A DNA stretch of 64,000 nucleotides from an uncultured Micavibrio sp. (lineage in GTDB: Bacteria; Pseudomonadota; Alphaproteobacteria; Micavibrionales; UBA2020), in assembly GCA_964551435.1 (NCBI GenBank), contig CAZKBS010000001.1:79565-143564 (forward strand). The letters run 5' to 3'. Numbering within the stretch: position 1 is the stretch's first letter; every line of letters starts with the position of its first letter. Below are positions 38,890 to 47,795 of this stretch, piece after piece. The notes below the pieces were generated by a model. The model saw nothing but the letters and a program-made list of their open reading frames with translations, was not told the origin of the DNA and searched no databases. Both the position numbers and the translations under genes were made by a program.

Positions 38890-39771
38890 ATGCGTTTCAC
38901 TGACCATTTCAAAAAAGCCGTCGGCCTGTGGCCGCCGAAGGGCCCTTATACCGCGCTGAGACAGATGCTGTCCGGCGGCGGTGATGTCACGCATATGCCC
39001 GCGCTGCTGCGTGAATACCCCGATGCCGCGCGCTGGGAGAAAAAAGGCGACATGCAGCCGCTGCATTACGCGCTGTGGCAACGCAACTATGCCGCCGCCG
39101 AAATTTTGCTGGAACATGACCATAGCCTCCTCCGCGATGCGGGCGACGATGGCGTGACGATTGTGCACCGCTATGCCGCGCACGGCGAAACCCATGCGCT
39201 GCAATTTCTGGTTCATCAGGGCGCCGATTTGAATTTGCAAGACCGCAACGGCCGCACCGCGCTGCATCACGCGGCGATGAACCGTTACAACGGGGGGAAT
39301 ATCGGGCTGCTGCTGCGCTATGGCGCGCAAGCGGACATACGCGATTCAGACCGCCGCACCCCCCTGATGATAGCGCTGATGACGGGTAACAAGGCGGGCG
39401 CGGAGGCGCTGATTAAAAAACCGTTCGATGCGCGGCAAACCGATGCCTTTCGCCGCACGCTGCTGATGGCGGCGGCGGAAACCGGCATGGATCATTTAAT
39501 GCCGCAGCTGCTGCGTGCGGGCGCGGATATCCATGCGGTCAATCCGCTGGGCGAAACCGCGCTTGGTCTGGCCATCAAGAAAAAACACGCGCGCGCCGCG
39601 CTTTTGCTGGTCGAGGCCGGCATGCCCGCGACCTTTGACTATAAATGGCGCAAGAAACTCGGCAATCTCATCCGCCCGCTGGAGGGCAGCGAGCCTGCGC
39701 TGCGCCGCCTTGGCCTGCGCCCGTCGCCAAAGAAAAAGGCGAGCTTTGCGCAAGGACCCAAACCTTATTAA
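38890..39771 (+). CDS. Ankyrin-repeat protein (about 6 repeats)
   Basis: MQPLHYALWQRNYAAAEILLEH, GRTALHHAAMN, RRTPLMIALMTGNKAGAEALI, GETALGLAIKKKHARAALLLVEAG. Tail RRLGLRPSPKKKASFAQGPKPY. Confidence 0.85.
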   Translation: MRFTDHFKKAVGLWPPKGPYTALRQMLSGGGDVTHMPALLREYPDAARWEKKGDMQPLHYALWQRNYAAAEILLEHDHSLLRDAGDDGVTIVHRYAAHGETHALQFLVHQGADLNLQDRNGRTALHHAAMNRYNGGNIGLLLRYGAQADIRDSDRRTPLMIALMTGNKAGAEALIKKPFDARQTDAFRRTLLMAAAETGMDHLMPQLLRAGADIHAVNPLGETALGLAIKKKHARAALLLVEAGMPATFDYKWRKKLGNLIRPLEGSEPALRRLGLRPSPKKKASFAQGPKPY

Positions 39772-39792
39772 CCCTGATAGCGCAGGCGGCGT

Positions 39793-40542
39793 TTAGCGCT
39801 GCGGCCCCTTGCTGTCTTTTTTCGGCGCGGCGGCGGGCGGCGTATAGGCCGTGCGCTGTTCATGAATGGTCTGACCGGGGATGCCGTATTTATCACGGAA
39901 CGAGCGCGACAGACCGCCCGCCGGATCCCAGCCGCCATGCGTGAGCGCGCTATCCAGTTCACGCGTCAACTGCGCGAAGGCTTCGGGTATTTTATGGCGG
40001 TGATCGGCCAGCTGGTTCATGCTCGCCTGCACGCTGATGCTGCAGCGGTAACCGGCCAGACCCGCCTGATTGAACATCGACGACAGCTGCTGCTGGCTGA
40101 GGACCAGTGCGGTGATATCGGTTTTTTGTTCGTTCATGAACTTCATATAGTCCATGAACTTGAAATAATGCTGATGTCCTTCCAGCACGAATTCACGCGC
40201 GATATCGACCTTGAGCGCATCGACCTTGCCGTCGGCGCCGAAACTGCAGGCGGGTACGTATTGCTTGCCGTTGAATTCGATCAGCAAAGCTTCACCGCGG
40301 TCGGCCATGGCGATGAACTCTTGCGCGCTCACGCCTTGTTTTTTCGCGGCTTCCTCCACGCTCAGGGTCGGCTGGGTTTGCAAAAATGCTTCGGCATCGG
40401 CATAGAGCCTGCGGTAGGTATCCGGCCCTGCCATGACGCGCGCTTCGATGCCTGTATATTTCGGCAAGGCAGCGATCAGGTCATCAAGCGGGCGGGCGGT
40501 TTTAAAAATGCGCGTACCGTCGTAGGGGTTTTTGTCGGTCAT
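39793..40542 (-). CDS. Hypothetical protein with a basic C-terminal tail
   Basis: 249-aa ORF. No family recognised. Ends in PPAAAPKKDSKGPQR. Confidence 0.45.
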   Translation of the reverse strand: MTDKNPYDGTRIFKTARPLDDLIAALPKYTGIEARVMAGPDTYRRLYADAEAFLQTQPTLSVEEAAKKQGVSAQEFIAMADRGEALLIEFNGKQYVPACSFGADGKVDALKVDIAREFVLEGHQHYFKFMDYMKFMNEQKTDITALVLSQQQLSSMFNQAGLAGYRCSISVQASMNQLADHRHKIPEAFAQLTRELDSALTHGGWDPAGGLSRSFRDKYGIPGQTIHEQRTAYTPPAAAPKKDSKGPQR

Positions 40543-40664
40543 GGTGCGGCTCCTGCTGCAGGCTGTCCGCGTTTTGCACGCGGGACTTTTTGTAAATCAC
40601 GATGTATTATGACATGCCTGTTATGGCATGTTTTCAAAAGACCTTCAATACCTTGGAAAATATA

Positions 40665-41693
40665 TCAACCGCCGAGGCTGGCCGACAGCTTCACGCCGGG
40701 GGCCGGACGCTCCAAAAGCACCTCGCGGCGGAAACGGAACAGCGCGGCCGGGCGGCCGCCCGCTTCGGCGGATTTTTTACCCGCGACTTCCTCGACCATG
40801 CCGGAGCCTTCGACAAGGCGGCGGAAATTTTGTTTGTGCAGGCGATGGCCGACAATCGCTTCGACCGTTTTTTGCAAATTCAACAGCGTGAATTCGGCGG
40901 GCATCAGTTCGAACACAACGGGGCGGTATTTGAGCTTACCGCGCAGGCGGCCCATTGCCGTCGCCAGAATCCGGCGGTGGTCATAGAGCATGGAGCGACC
41001 GGGCACCAGCACGTAATCGACTTTCATGCCTTTGTCGCGGATGGCTTCGTACACAAGGTTCGCGCCATAAAGAAGCTCGTAGCGCTCCAGGACTTTTTCT
41101 TCATCCCACGCGGCAGCGCCTTTGGTATCGGAAAGGCCGAAGCAGACCTGCGCGCGCACGCGGCGGTGTTCTTTTTCTTCGGCGGTATCGGCGGCGGAAA
41201 TCCAGCGCTTGAGACCCGGTTCAATCGCATCCTGTAAAATACGCGGTTTGCCGTCGCGCCAGTCTTCCCACGGGAAATAGTCGTACCAGCTGCCGAAGAA
41301 AACACGCTCGGACTTTTCCGCGCTCTCTCTTTCATGCGTCAGCGCCAGATATCCCACCGACACCACGCGCTTTGTTTCATCACGCTGCCCCGCGTAACGT
41401 CCGCGGTTGCCGAAGGTGTAAAGCTGTTCGAAATAACCGGGGCTGAGCGGCGTCTGGTCGCGCACCCAGGTGCGCAGACCTTCTTCAAGCGTTTTATGCT
41501 GCAGCGGATCGAAAGGGCCGAATGGCAGCGCATCACCGTCTTCGTTAGGCGATGTCACGCCTGCCGCCAGCGCATGTTCGGCGCCACGCACGATGAAGAC
41601 TTTGGGCTCATGCCCCTGCACCGCCACCACCACGGCAGACAGGCCAATCACAACGGCTGGCATCTGTTTCTGGAGATCGGCTTCGGCTGTCAT
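40665..41693 (-). CDS. Nudix-related transcriptional regulator of the NrtR/NadQ type
   Basis: N-terminal Nudix-like fold, plus a C-terminal wHTH resembling NrtR/NadQ (MPAEFTLLNLQKTVEAIVGHRLHKQNFRRLV...GGRPAALFRF). The 342-aa size and proximity to nadCBA fit NadQ. Confidence 0.6.
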   Translation of the reverse strand: MTAEADLQKQMPAVVIGLSAVVVAVQGHEPKVFIVRGAEHALAAGVTSPNEDGDALPFGPFDPLQHKTLEEGLRTWVRDQTPLSPGYFEQLYTFGNRGRYAGQRDETKRVVSVGYLALTHERESAEKSERVFFGSWYDYFPWEDWRDGKPRILQDAIEPGLKRWISAADTAEEKEHRRVRAQVCFGLSDTKGAAAWDEEKVLERYELLYGANLVYEAIRDKGMKVDYVLVPGRSMLYDHRRILATAMGRLRGKLKYRPVVFELMPAEFTLLNLQKTVEAIVGHRLHKQNFRRLVEGSGMVEEVAGKKSAEAGGRPAALFRFRREVLLERPAPGVKLSASLGG

Positions 41694-41742
41694 CGGATAG
41701 AACTCGCTTGATCGCGCAGGCGCAGGCGAAAGACGCTGCGGC

Positions 41743-43086
41743 TTATTCGTATTTGAAAGCCGGCGCAGGCGGTTTATTCATGCCCGGTACGTTGGTGCCG
41801 CGCATGCTTTGACGCGCCAGCCAGGTTTCGATTTCACGCTCCGCTTTCGCGCGCTCGTCGTTGGTCATGCTCTTGGCCAGCTCCGTCAGGCTGCGCACGG
41901 CGGTGGCGCGCAGTTCGTTTTCGCTGTCGGCCAGCTTTTCAACGGCGATCTTGTACCATTTATAGGCACTCACGATATCCTTGTCGCCACCGACGCCATA
42001 GCGGTTGGCGCGGGCAAATTCAAGGAAACCCAAACCGTAATCGGCTGCCATCGCTTTTTGATACCATTCGCGCGCCGCGACGGGATCTTTGCGAACACCA
42101 ACGCCGCCTTCGTACATCTGGCCCAGCGCGACCATCGACGGCGGAAATCCGCCTTCTTCTGCCGCCTTGCGGTACCAGCTGGCTGCTGATGCCGCATCCG
42201 CGGGCAGGCCGCGGCCCGTTTCATACATCAGACCCAGACGGTGCTGCGCCTGCGTGTTGCCGGTTTTCGCGGCGTGCATGTACCAGATCGCGGCATCTTC
42301 GATGCCTTTTTCGCCGCCAGCTTCACCGGTTTCATACATATGCGCGATAATCAGCTGCGAGGGCATGTGACCCTGCTCTGCGGCGCGGCGGTACCAGTCG
42401 ATGGCCACCTGAATATTTTTATCAACGCCGACGCCGTTGCGATACATATAACCCAGCGCGTTTTGGGAATAGACATCTCCCTGATTGGCAGCAAAGGTGT
42501 ACCAGCGCAGCGCTTCGGCGTAATTCGTTTTCACGCCTTCGCCAAGGCGGTACATGGTGGCAAGATTATATTGCGCGCGCATGTTGCCCTGCGTGGCGGA
42601 TTGCAAAAACCATTGCGCCGCCAGCGGCAGGTTCTTTTTGTAAGGACGGCCCATGCGCAGCATGGTCGCAAGGTTGTTTTGCGCGACCGCATCACCCAGT
42701 TGCGCCGCGCGGGCGTACCATTTGAAAGCCTGTTCGTCGTCGCGGCGAAGGCCATGACCGGTCGAATAGATATAGCCCATGTAGGAAACCGCGGGCAGGT
42801 AATCCTGCTCCGCCGATTTGCGGTACCAGTTGGCCGCCTGCGCGATGTCCTTGTTCATACCAAGGCCGGTATCCAGCATATAGGCCAGATAATATTGCGC
42901 GACCGGATCGTTGGCATTCGCCAGACGCCAGAAATGGCGCTGCGCCAGTTCGTTGTCGCCGTAGTTGAATGCGGAAAGGCCTTCCTCCAGCGAGGGCTGG
43001 AATGCCTGCGCCATGGCGCGTTCGGCCGGCAAGCCGCTCAGCATCATGGCGATCACAAATGCCGGAACATAACGGGGCAGGGTCAT
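41743..43086 (-). CDS. Secreted multi-Sel1-repeat protein (about 10 repeats)
   Basis: Repeated A.[YN]LA.MY..G.GV.K[DN]...A..WY.KAA.QG units. Signal peptide ...PAERAMA|Q. Start could be ATG 43086 or TTG 43128. Confidence 0.8.
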   Translation of the reverse strand: MTLPRYVPAFVIAMMLSGLPAERAMAQAFQPSLEEGLSAFNYGDNELAQRHFWRLANANDPVAQYYLAYMLDTGLGMNKDIAQAANWYRKSAEQDYLPAVSYMGYIYSTGHGLRRDDEQAFKWYARAAQLGDAVAQNNLATMLRMGRPYKKNLPLAAQWFLQSATQGNMRAQYNLATMYRLGEGVKTNYAEALRWYTFAANQGDVYSQNALGYMYRNGVGVDKNIQVAIDWYRRAAEQGHMPSQLIIAHMYETGEAGGEKGIEDAAIWYMHAAKTGNTQAQHRLGLMYETGRGLPADAASAASWYRKAAEEGGFPPSMVALGQMYEGGVGVRKDPVAAREWYQKAMAADYGLGFLEFARANRYGVGGDKDIVSAYKWYKIAVEKLADSENELRATAVRSLTELAKSMTNDERAKAEREIETWLARQSMRGTNVPGMNKPPAPAFKYE

Positions 43087-43158
43087 CGGAAGGAATATCC
43101 TGAACGAGGCATGGGAACTTTTTTGCAAGCTCCAAGATAATACGTCCGCGCAAAAGTT

Positions 43159-43189
43159 AAAAGCCTTTGCGTATCAGGCAAAGGCTTTT
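43159..43189 (-). terminator. Hairpin terminator downstream of gapR
   Basis: AAAAGCCTTTGC-7 nt-GCAAAGGCTTTT. On the minus strand it is followed by aacttttg. Confidence 0.6.
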
Positions 43190-43256
43190 AAGGGCTGTTT
43201 TTTGTGTTATTTCAATATCCTGCCGCGTTTCGTAAATGCCGCGGGGCGCGAAAGGC

Positions 43257-43538
43257 CTATTCGGCCATGCCGATGGCGGCCATATAAAGCTCGAGCAGTT
43301 CCTGCTCTTCGCGGCGTTTTTCCAGATTCGCTTTGCGCAGGGAAACGATTTTGCGCATGATTTTGGGCTCGAAGCCTGTCGCCTTCGCTTCGCTGTAAAC
43401 GTCGCGGATATCTTCGGCGAGGGCTTTTTTCTCCTCCTCCAGACGCTCCACGCGCTCGATGAAGGATTTCAGGCGGGCGCCGGAAACTTCGCCGCTGTTA
43501 TCGGGGGTTTCTTTGGTTTTGAGATTTGCACTTGTCAT
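43257..43538 (-). CDS. gapR: GapR (DUF2312) nucleoid-associated protein
   Basis: LKSFIERVERLEEEKKALAEDIRDVYSEAKATGFEPKIMRKIVSLRK...LLELYMAAIG closely matches Caulobacter GapR as I recall it. Confidence 0.88.
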   Translation of the reverse strand: MTSANLKTKETPDNSGEVSGARLKSFIERVERLEEEKKALAEDIRDVYSEAKATGFEPKIMRKIVSLRKANLEKRREEQELLELYMAAIGMAE

Positions 43539-43671
43539 AAAAATTCTCCCGATAAGCCGTGCCTGCGCTAAAATAGCCCAAACACGATAAAGTGATTCAT
43601 GGTGACCAGAGGGGCGCATGATACCCCCTTCCCGCCCAAGGTCAATATGGAGAATCAGCGCCAAAGCCGCA

Positions 43672-44202
43672 TCAGGCGGGCGGCGGCAGGATGGTGATAT
43701 GGCTGTCGGGTGTGAGATGTTTCAGCACCGCCAGCAGATCGTCATGCTTGAGCCCGACACAGCCCGCCGTCGGCGTCCATTCCTCGCGCGCAAGATGCAT
43801 GAAAATCGCACTGCCCTTGCCGGGCGTCACGGGGTCGTCGTTATAACCGATCACCACCGTCATGTCATAGAGATGGTCATCGCGCGTCATGCGGTCGCAG
43901 ACGGCCGGATGCGGCAGCACGACTTTTTTGTTATAATCCGCATGCGACGCATCTTCGCACCAGCCGGTATCCGGCGTCAGGATTTCAACCGGCAGCGCGG
44001 TTTCGGGCTGCGCCATGCGGTCGGCGCGGTAAATCAGCTGACGCAGCGGATAAGTGCCCACCGGCGTTTTGCCGTCGCCTTCGGTTTTATCCAGCGTCAC
44101 ACCCGTGCGGCCCAGCGTGCAGTCATAGCGCGCGCCGCCGATAAACAGCACGCCCGTCGTCGCATCCCAGGATGATGTCTGTACGATAATATTCATGGCC
44201 AA
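43672..44202 (-). CDS. L,D-transpeptidase (YkuD) family protein
   Basis: Catalytic motif GSAIFMHLAREEWTPTAGCVGL (His ... Gly-Cys). Confidence 0.7.
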   Translation of the reverse strand: MAMNIIVQTSSWDATTGVLFIGGARYDCTLGRTGVTLDKTEGDGKTPVGTYPLRQLIYRADRMAQPETALPVEILTPDTGWCEDASHADYNKKVVLPHPAVCDRMTRDDHLYDMTVVIGYNDDPVTPGKGSAIFMHLAREEWTPTAGCVGLKHDDLLAVLKHLTPDSHITILPPPA

Positions 44203-44265
44203 ATGATGACAGATTGCGCATGGGCGTCAAGCGTGATGACGCCAGCGATGTATTCTGAAGGCGCG

Positions 44266-45438
44266 TTAATGCAGCGTGGGTGTCAGGCGGTCCGTGGCAG
44301 CCGCTGCATTCTGCGATTTTTTCAGCGCTGCGTATTTATCGAGCGCCGCCATCATCTGCTGCGGCACGGCGGCGCGGCCCGCCATGGGGGATACCAGTCC
44401 CGCGCTGTCGCCCTGCGCCTCAAGCGCGGCGGACATGAAAGAAGATGCAATTTGCTCCGGCGAGGATGCCCTTCTGGCCGCCTCGGCCGGAGCATTTTGC
44501 GATTGAAGAACAGGGGTGGCCTTCGCCTGATGCGTGGCAGGATTTCTATCGCCCACATCTGGTGCCGTTGATCGCCCGGCACCCGACGTCTGGCCGGTGT
44601 GCGTCCGGTCAGCCGTTTGCGTGGGCGCGAGCATCCCTCTCTTCGCTTGGATAGCCGGCGACACGGAGGGTAGGGAGCCTCCGTCCGGCCCGATATTCCC
44701 GCCCGTCTGCGTGCGTAGGGTTGTAGGAGTGACAGACGGTGGGAAGCTTTTGGAATCAAGCGCGGCCAGTTGCGCGGCGCGCGATTCACGAATTTGTTTT
44801 TCAATTTCGCCGCCGGATTTATGCGCGGCGGGGGTCATGGCAGTATTGGCCTGCGCCAGCTGCGTCGATACGGTGGCGTTCTGCGCCGGGGCATTTTGCG
44901 CGGGGGTGTCGTTCCAAATAATATCGGCGGCGGCCAGCATGGTGGCAGGCGCTTCCTTGGCGGGTTTATGCGGCGAGGTCTTGTCATCGCCCGTGACCAT
45001 CGCCAGCATCGTCTCGCCGATATCTTTGCCTGTCGCATCTTCGACGGCGGCATTGGCAACGCCCGCGGCCAGACCGATAGGCCCGCCATAAAGCGCGCCG
45101 CCCGCAATACGTGCCACGGGGCTGATCTCGTCGCCCGTCATATGACGGTATATGGTGCTGATCACCGGAATATGCTGCAGCGGGTTGATGATATCGATGA
45201 CCGTTTTGATAAAACCGATAAAGCCGCCGCCGTCGTTATCTCCGCTGGAGGCAACATCGGATGCGGCGGAAGATTGGCGCACCATCTGGCTGAAGCTCTC
45301 GCTTTTGGCCGCTGCGCCGGATATATTCGTTTTGGCCGCTGCGCCGGCCGTGCGCCCGTCACCGCGCAGCTCCGCACGAAAAGCGTTTTGATAGACGCCT
45401 TGCGTTTGTGCTGTTGTGCTGGTCTGCGGCGTGGCCAT
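44266..45438 (-). CDS. Hypothetical Ala/Thr/Pro-rich protein, divergent from flgK
   Basis: Start moved to ATG 45438 with gagggagaggg RBS. One conserved-looking hydrophobic core (FIGFIKTVIDIINPLQHIPVISTIYRHMTGDEISPVARIAGGALYGGPIG). The rest is low complexity. Confidence 0.45.
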   Translation of the reverse strand: MATPQTSTTAQTQGVYQNAFRAELRGDGRTAGAAAKTNISGAAAKSESFSQMVRQSSAASDVASSGDNDGGGFIGFIKTVIDIINPLQHIPVISTIYRHMTGDEISPVARIAGGALYGGPIGLAAGVANAAVEDATGKDIGETMLAMVTGDDKTSPHKPAKEAPATMLAAADIIWNDTPAQNAPAQNATVSTQLAQANTAMTPAAHKSGGEIEKQIRESRAAQLAALDSKSFPPSVTPTTLRTQTGGNIGPDGGSLPSVSPAIQAKRGMLAPTQTADRTHTGQTSGAGRSTAPDVGDRNPATHQAKATPVLQSQNAPAEAARRASSPEQIASSFMSAALEAQGDSAGLVSPMAGRAAVPQQMMAALDKYAALKKSQNAAAATDRLTPTLH

Positions 45439-45587
45439 ACGAATCCCTCTCCCTCTCGGAAAATCAGCCTTGCAAGCGTCATGCCATTTTTGATCGGCCG
45501 CATCACATCGCTCTGCGCACATATATGAAGTGCGCATGAAATGCACCGCCCCCGTCACCAGCGCTTATTATGGTGAATAATTGGGTT

Positions 45588-45603
45588 TGGCACGGGGCTT
45601 GCT
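45588..45603 (+). promoter_or_regulatory. Sigma-54 (RpoN) -24/-12 promoter for flgK-flgL
   Basis: tTGGCACGgggcTTGCt matches YTGGCACGrNNNTTGCW at every specified position. It lies about 85 nt upstream of the flgK ATG. Confidence 0.75.
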
Positions 45604-45687
45604 TATATATCAGCGGGAAGTCTTGTCCGCCTTGGGTGGGCAGGATCTAGGGAAAAAGACAAGATATTGTAAAACAAGGCAAAAACG

Positions 45688-47775
45688 ATGACGACTGTAT
45701 CCTTAAATTCGGCCCTGAGTGGCCTGAAGGCAGCGCAGCAGGCGCTGAATACCGTCTCGACCAACATCGCCAACGCCAGTACCCCGGGCTACACCCGGAA
45801 AATTTTGCCGCAGCAGACCCTGATTGTCGGCGGCACGGGCGCAGGCGTGACCACGGGCGCGCTGGTGCGCAACGTCGACAAGACCTTGATGAAAAGCCTG
45901 TTCGGGCAAGTCAGCGCGACACAATCGGCGCTGGTCAAAAGCACCTATCTTGGCCGTGTGCAGGATTTCCACGGCGCAACCGAAGCGGAAGCCGCCCTGT
46001 CGAACCGCATCGGCAAGCTGTCGGATGCCTTCTCCGCGCTTTCAAGCGCGCCGGAAAATACCATTTACCTAAACCAGACCGTACAGGCGGCACAAACTCT
46101 GGCGAAATCGTTCAATGATTATACGACGCTGATTACCGACCTACGCCGCCAGACGGAATCGGAAATTTCCGCCTATGTGGGCGAAGTCAACAACAGCCTG
46201 AAGCAGATTGCCGAACTGAACGTGCAAATCGCGCAGCTGACCGCGGGCGGTCAAGCAAGCGCCGATCTGGAAGACCAGCGCGATACCGCCATCCGCAACG
46301 TATCGCAATATATCCAGATTTCGACCTTCACCGACCAGAACAACGTCGTCGTCGTATCGACCAAACAAGGTCAGGCGCTGGCGGATACCAAGGCACAGAA
46401 ACTGGTTTTCAATGCATCGGAAACACTGTCGACGACGTCCTATTACCCGGGCGGCGGGCTGGGCGGGCTTTATATCAACTCGACGGGCGGCATCGAAGTT
46501 GCGCAAAGCTCCATCGGCGGTGCGATTGGCGGTTTGTTCGAACTGCGCGATCAGGTACTGCCGCAATATCAGGCGCAGGTTGACGAACTGGCGCAAAAAA
46601 TGGCGGAGCGTTTCGATAAGCTGGGCCTGCGCCTTTTTACCGATGCCAGCGGCAACGTACCCGCCAGCGTCGCGCCCCCCGCGCCTGTCACCTATAGCGG
46701 CTTTGCCGGTGAAATCCGCGTCAATACCAATATCGTGAACGACCCGACGCTGCTGCGCAAAGGCACCAACGGCGGCGCGGTGCAGGCTGGATCCAACAGT
46801 GTTATAAACCGCATCACCGCCTTCGCCTTCGGCAACGTCGCCGCGCAGAACGCGAACGGTACGGTTGATATCACGGGCAATATTTTCACCGCTGCCAGCC
46901 TGACGCAGACGAACAAACTCTCGGGTAACGTCAACCTCAACAACTACAATCCCGACCTGTCGGATGCAACCAACCTGACGCTGCCTGCCGCGTTCGACCT
47001 GACCATCGGCAGCACGACGCAAACCATCAACATCGGCGCAACCGATACGCCGATTGACCTTGTGAATACCATCAACGCGGCCTTCGGCCCCGGCACAGCG
47101 GCGCTGAACGGCCTTGGCCAGCTGTCGTTCACCACGACCGAGGATATCACCCTGGCCGATAACACTATCGGCGCTGCGGGTATGGCCGATCTGGGCTTCA
47201 CTTTCGGCACGTATCCCGCCAGCAATCCGGCCTTTACCGTCAGCGTGAACGGCCAGCCTGCCGTGACCATCACCATTTTGCCGACGGATACCGAAACGGA
47301 TCTTTTGAACAAGCTCAACGCCGTCCCCGGCCTGACCGCGACACAGGGCACGGGCGGCGTGTTGCAGCTTGTTCCCGACGAAGGCGGCAGCCTGAACCTG
47401 CAAAACACCAGCGGCAATCCGCTGGGCGGACTGGGACTGTCGATTACCAATGTCAACCATACCTCGTTCCGCCAGAACAACCTTGGCCCCGCGGGCAATC
47501 TGTCGACGGGCCTTGCGGCGAACAGCAGCATCGGCGATTACGCCAAGAACCTCGTCAGCCAGCAATCGGCCACCTATAACGCGGCGGAAAGCACCTATAA
47601 CAGTGAACAAAGCTATCTGGAGACCCTCGACAGCCGCAACAGCAGCATCAGCGGCGTTGACCTCGATCAGGAAATTGCGGAGCTGATCCGCGTACAGACC
47701 GCCTATACCGCCGCCGCGCGCATGATTACCGCGACCGAAGAGTTGTTCGACACGCTTTTCGCGGCGATACGCTAA
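45688..47775 (+). CDS. flgK: Flagellar hook-associated protein 1
   Basis: N-terminus LNSALSGLKAAQQALNTVSTNIANASTPGYTRK and C-terminus DQEIAELIRVQTAYTAAARMITATEELFDTL. Confidence 0.92.
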   Translation: MTTVSLNSALSGLKAAQQALNTVSTNIANASTPGYTRKILPQQTLIVGGTGAGVTTGALVRNVDKTLMKSLFGQVSATQSALVKSTYLGRVQDFHGATEAEAALSNRIGKLSDAFSALSSAPENTIYLNQTVQAAQTLAKSFNDYTTLITDLRRQTESEISAYVGEVNNSLKQIAELNVQIAQLTAGGQASADLEDQRDTAIRNVSQYIQISTFTDQNNVVVVSTKQGQALADTKAQKLVFNASETLSTTSYYPGGGLGGLYINSTGGIEVAQSSIGGAIGGLFELRDQVLPQYQAQVDELAQKMAERFDKLGLRLFTDASGNVPASVAPPAPVTYSGFAGEIRVNTNIVNDPTLLRKGTNGGAVQAGSNSVINRITAFAFGNVAAQNANGTVDITGNIFTAASLTQTNKLSGNVNLNNYNPDLSDATNLTLPAAFDLTIGSTTQTINIGATDTPIDLVNTINAAFGPGTAALNGLGQLSFTTTEDITLADNTIGAAGMADLGFTFGTYPASNPAFTVSVNGQPAVTITILPTDTETDLLNKLNAVPGLTATQGTGGVLQLVPDEGGSLNLQNTSGNPLGGLGLSITNVNHTSFRQNNLGPAGNLSTGLAANSSIGDYAKNLVSQQSATYNAAESTYNSEQSYLETLDSRNSSISGVDLDQEIAELIRVQTAYTAAARMITATEELFDTLFAAIR

Positions 47776-47795
47776 TTGAATAAGGAGACCACGTC

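Noticed and set aside
43159-43189. Treating this hairpin as a small RNA gene
   Set aside because: It is a single stem-loop with flanking A/T runs, 68 nt downstream of gapR. A simple terminator is the more economical explanation.
45303-45347. Perfect 18-nt direct repeat (TTTTGGCCGCTGCGCCGG) spaced 27 nt apart
   Set aside because: It lies in frame inside the low-complexity CDS 44266-45438 and encodes a duplicated Ala-rich peptide (...GAAAK...). It is an internal coding duplication, not a regulatory or mobile repeat.
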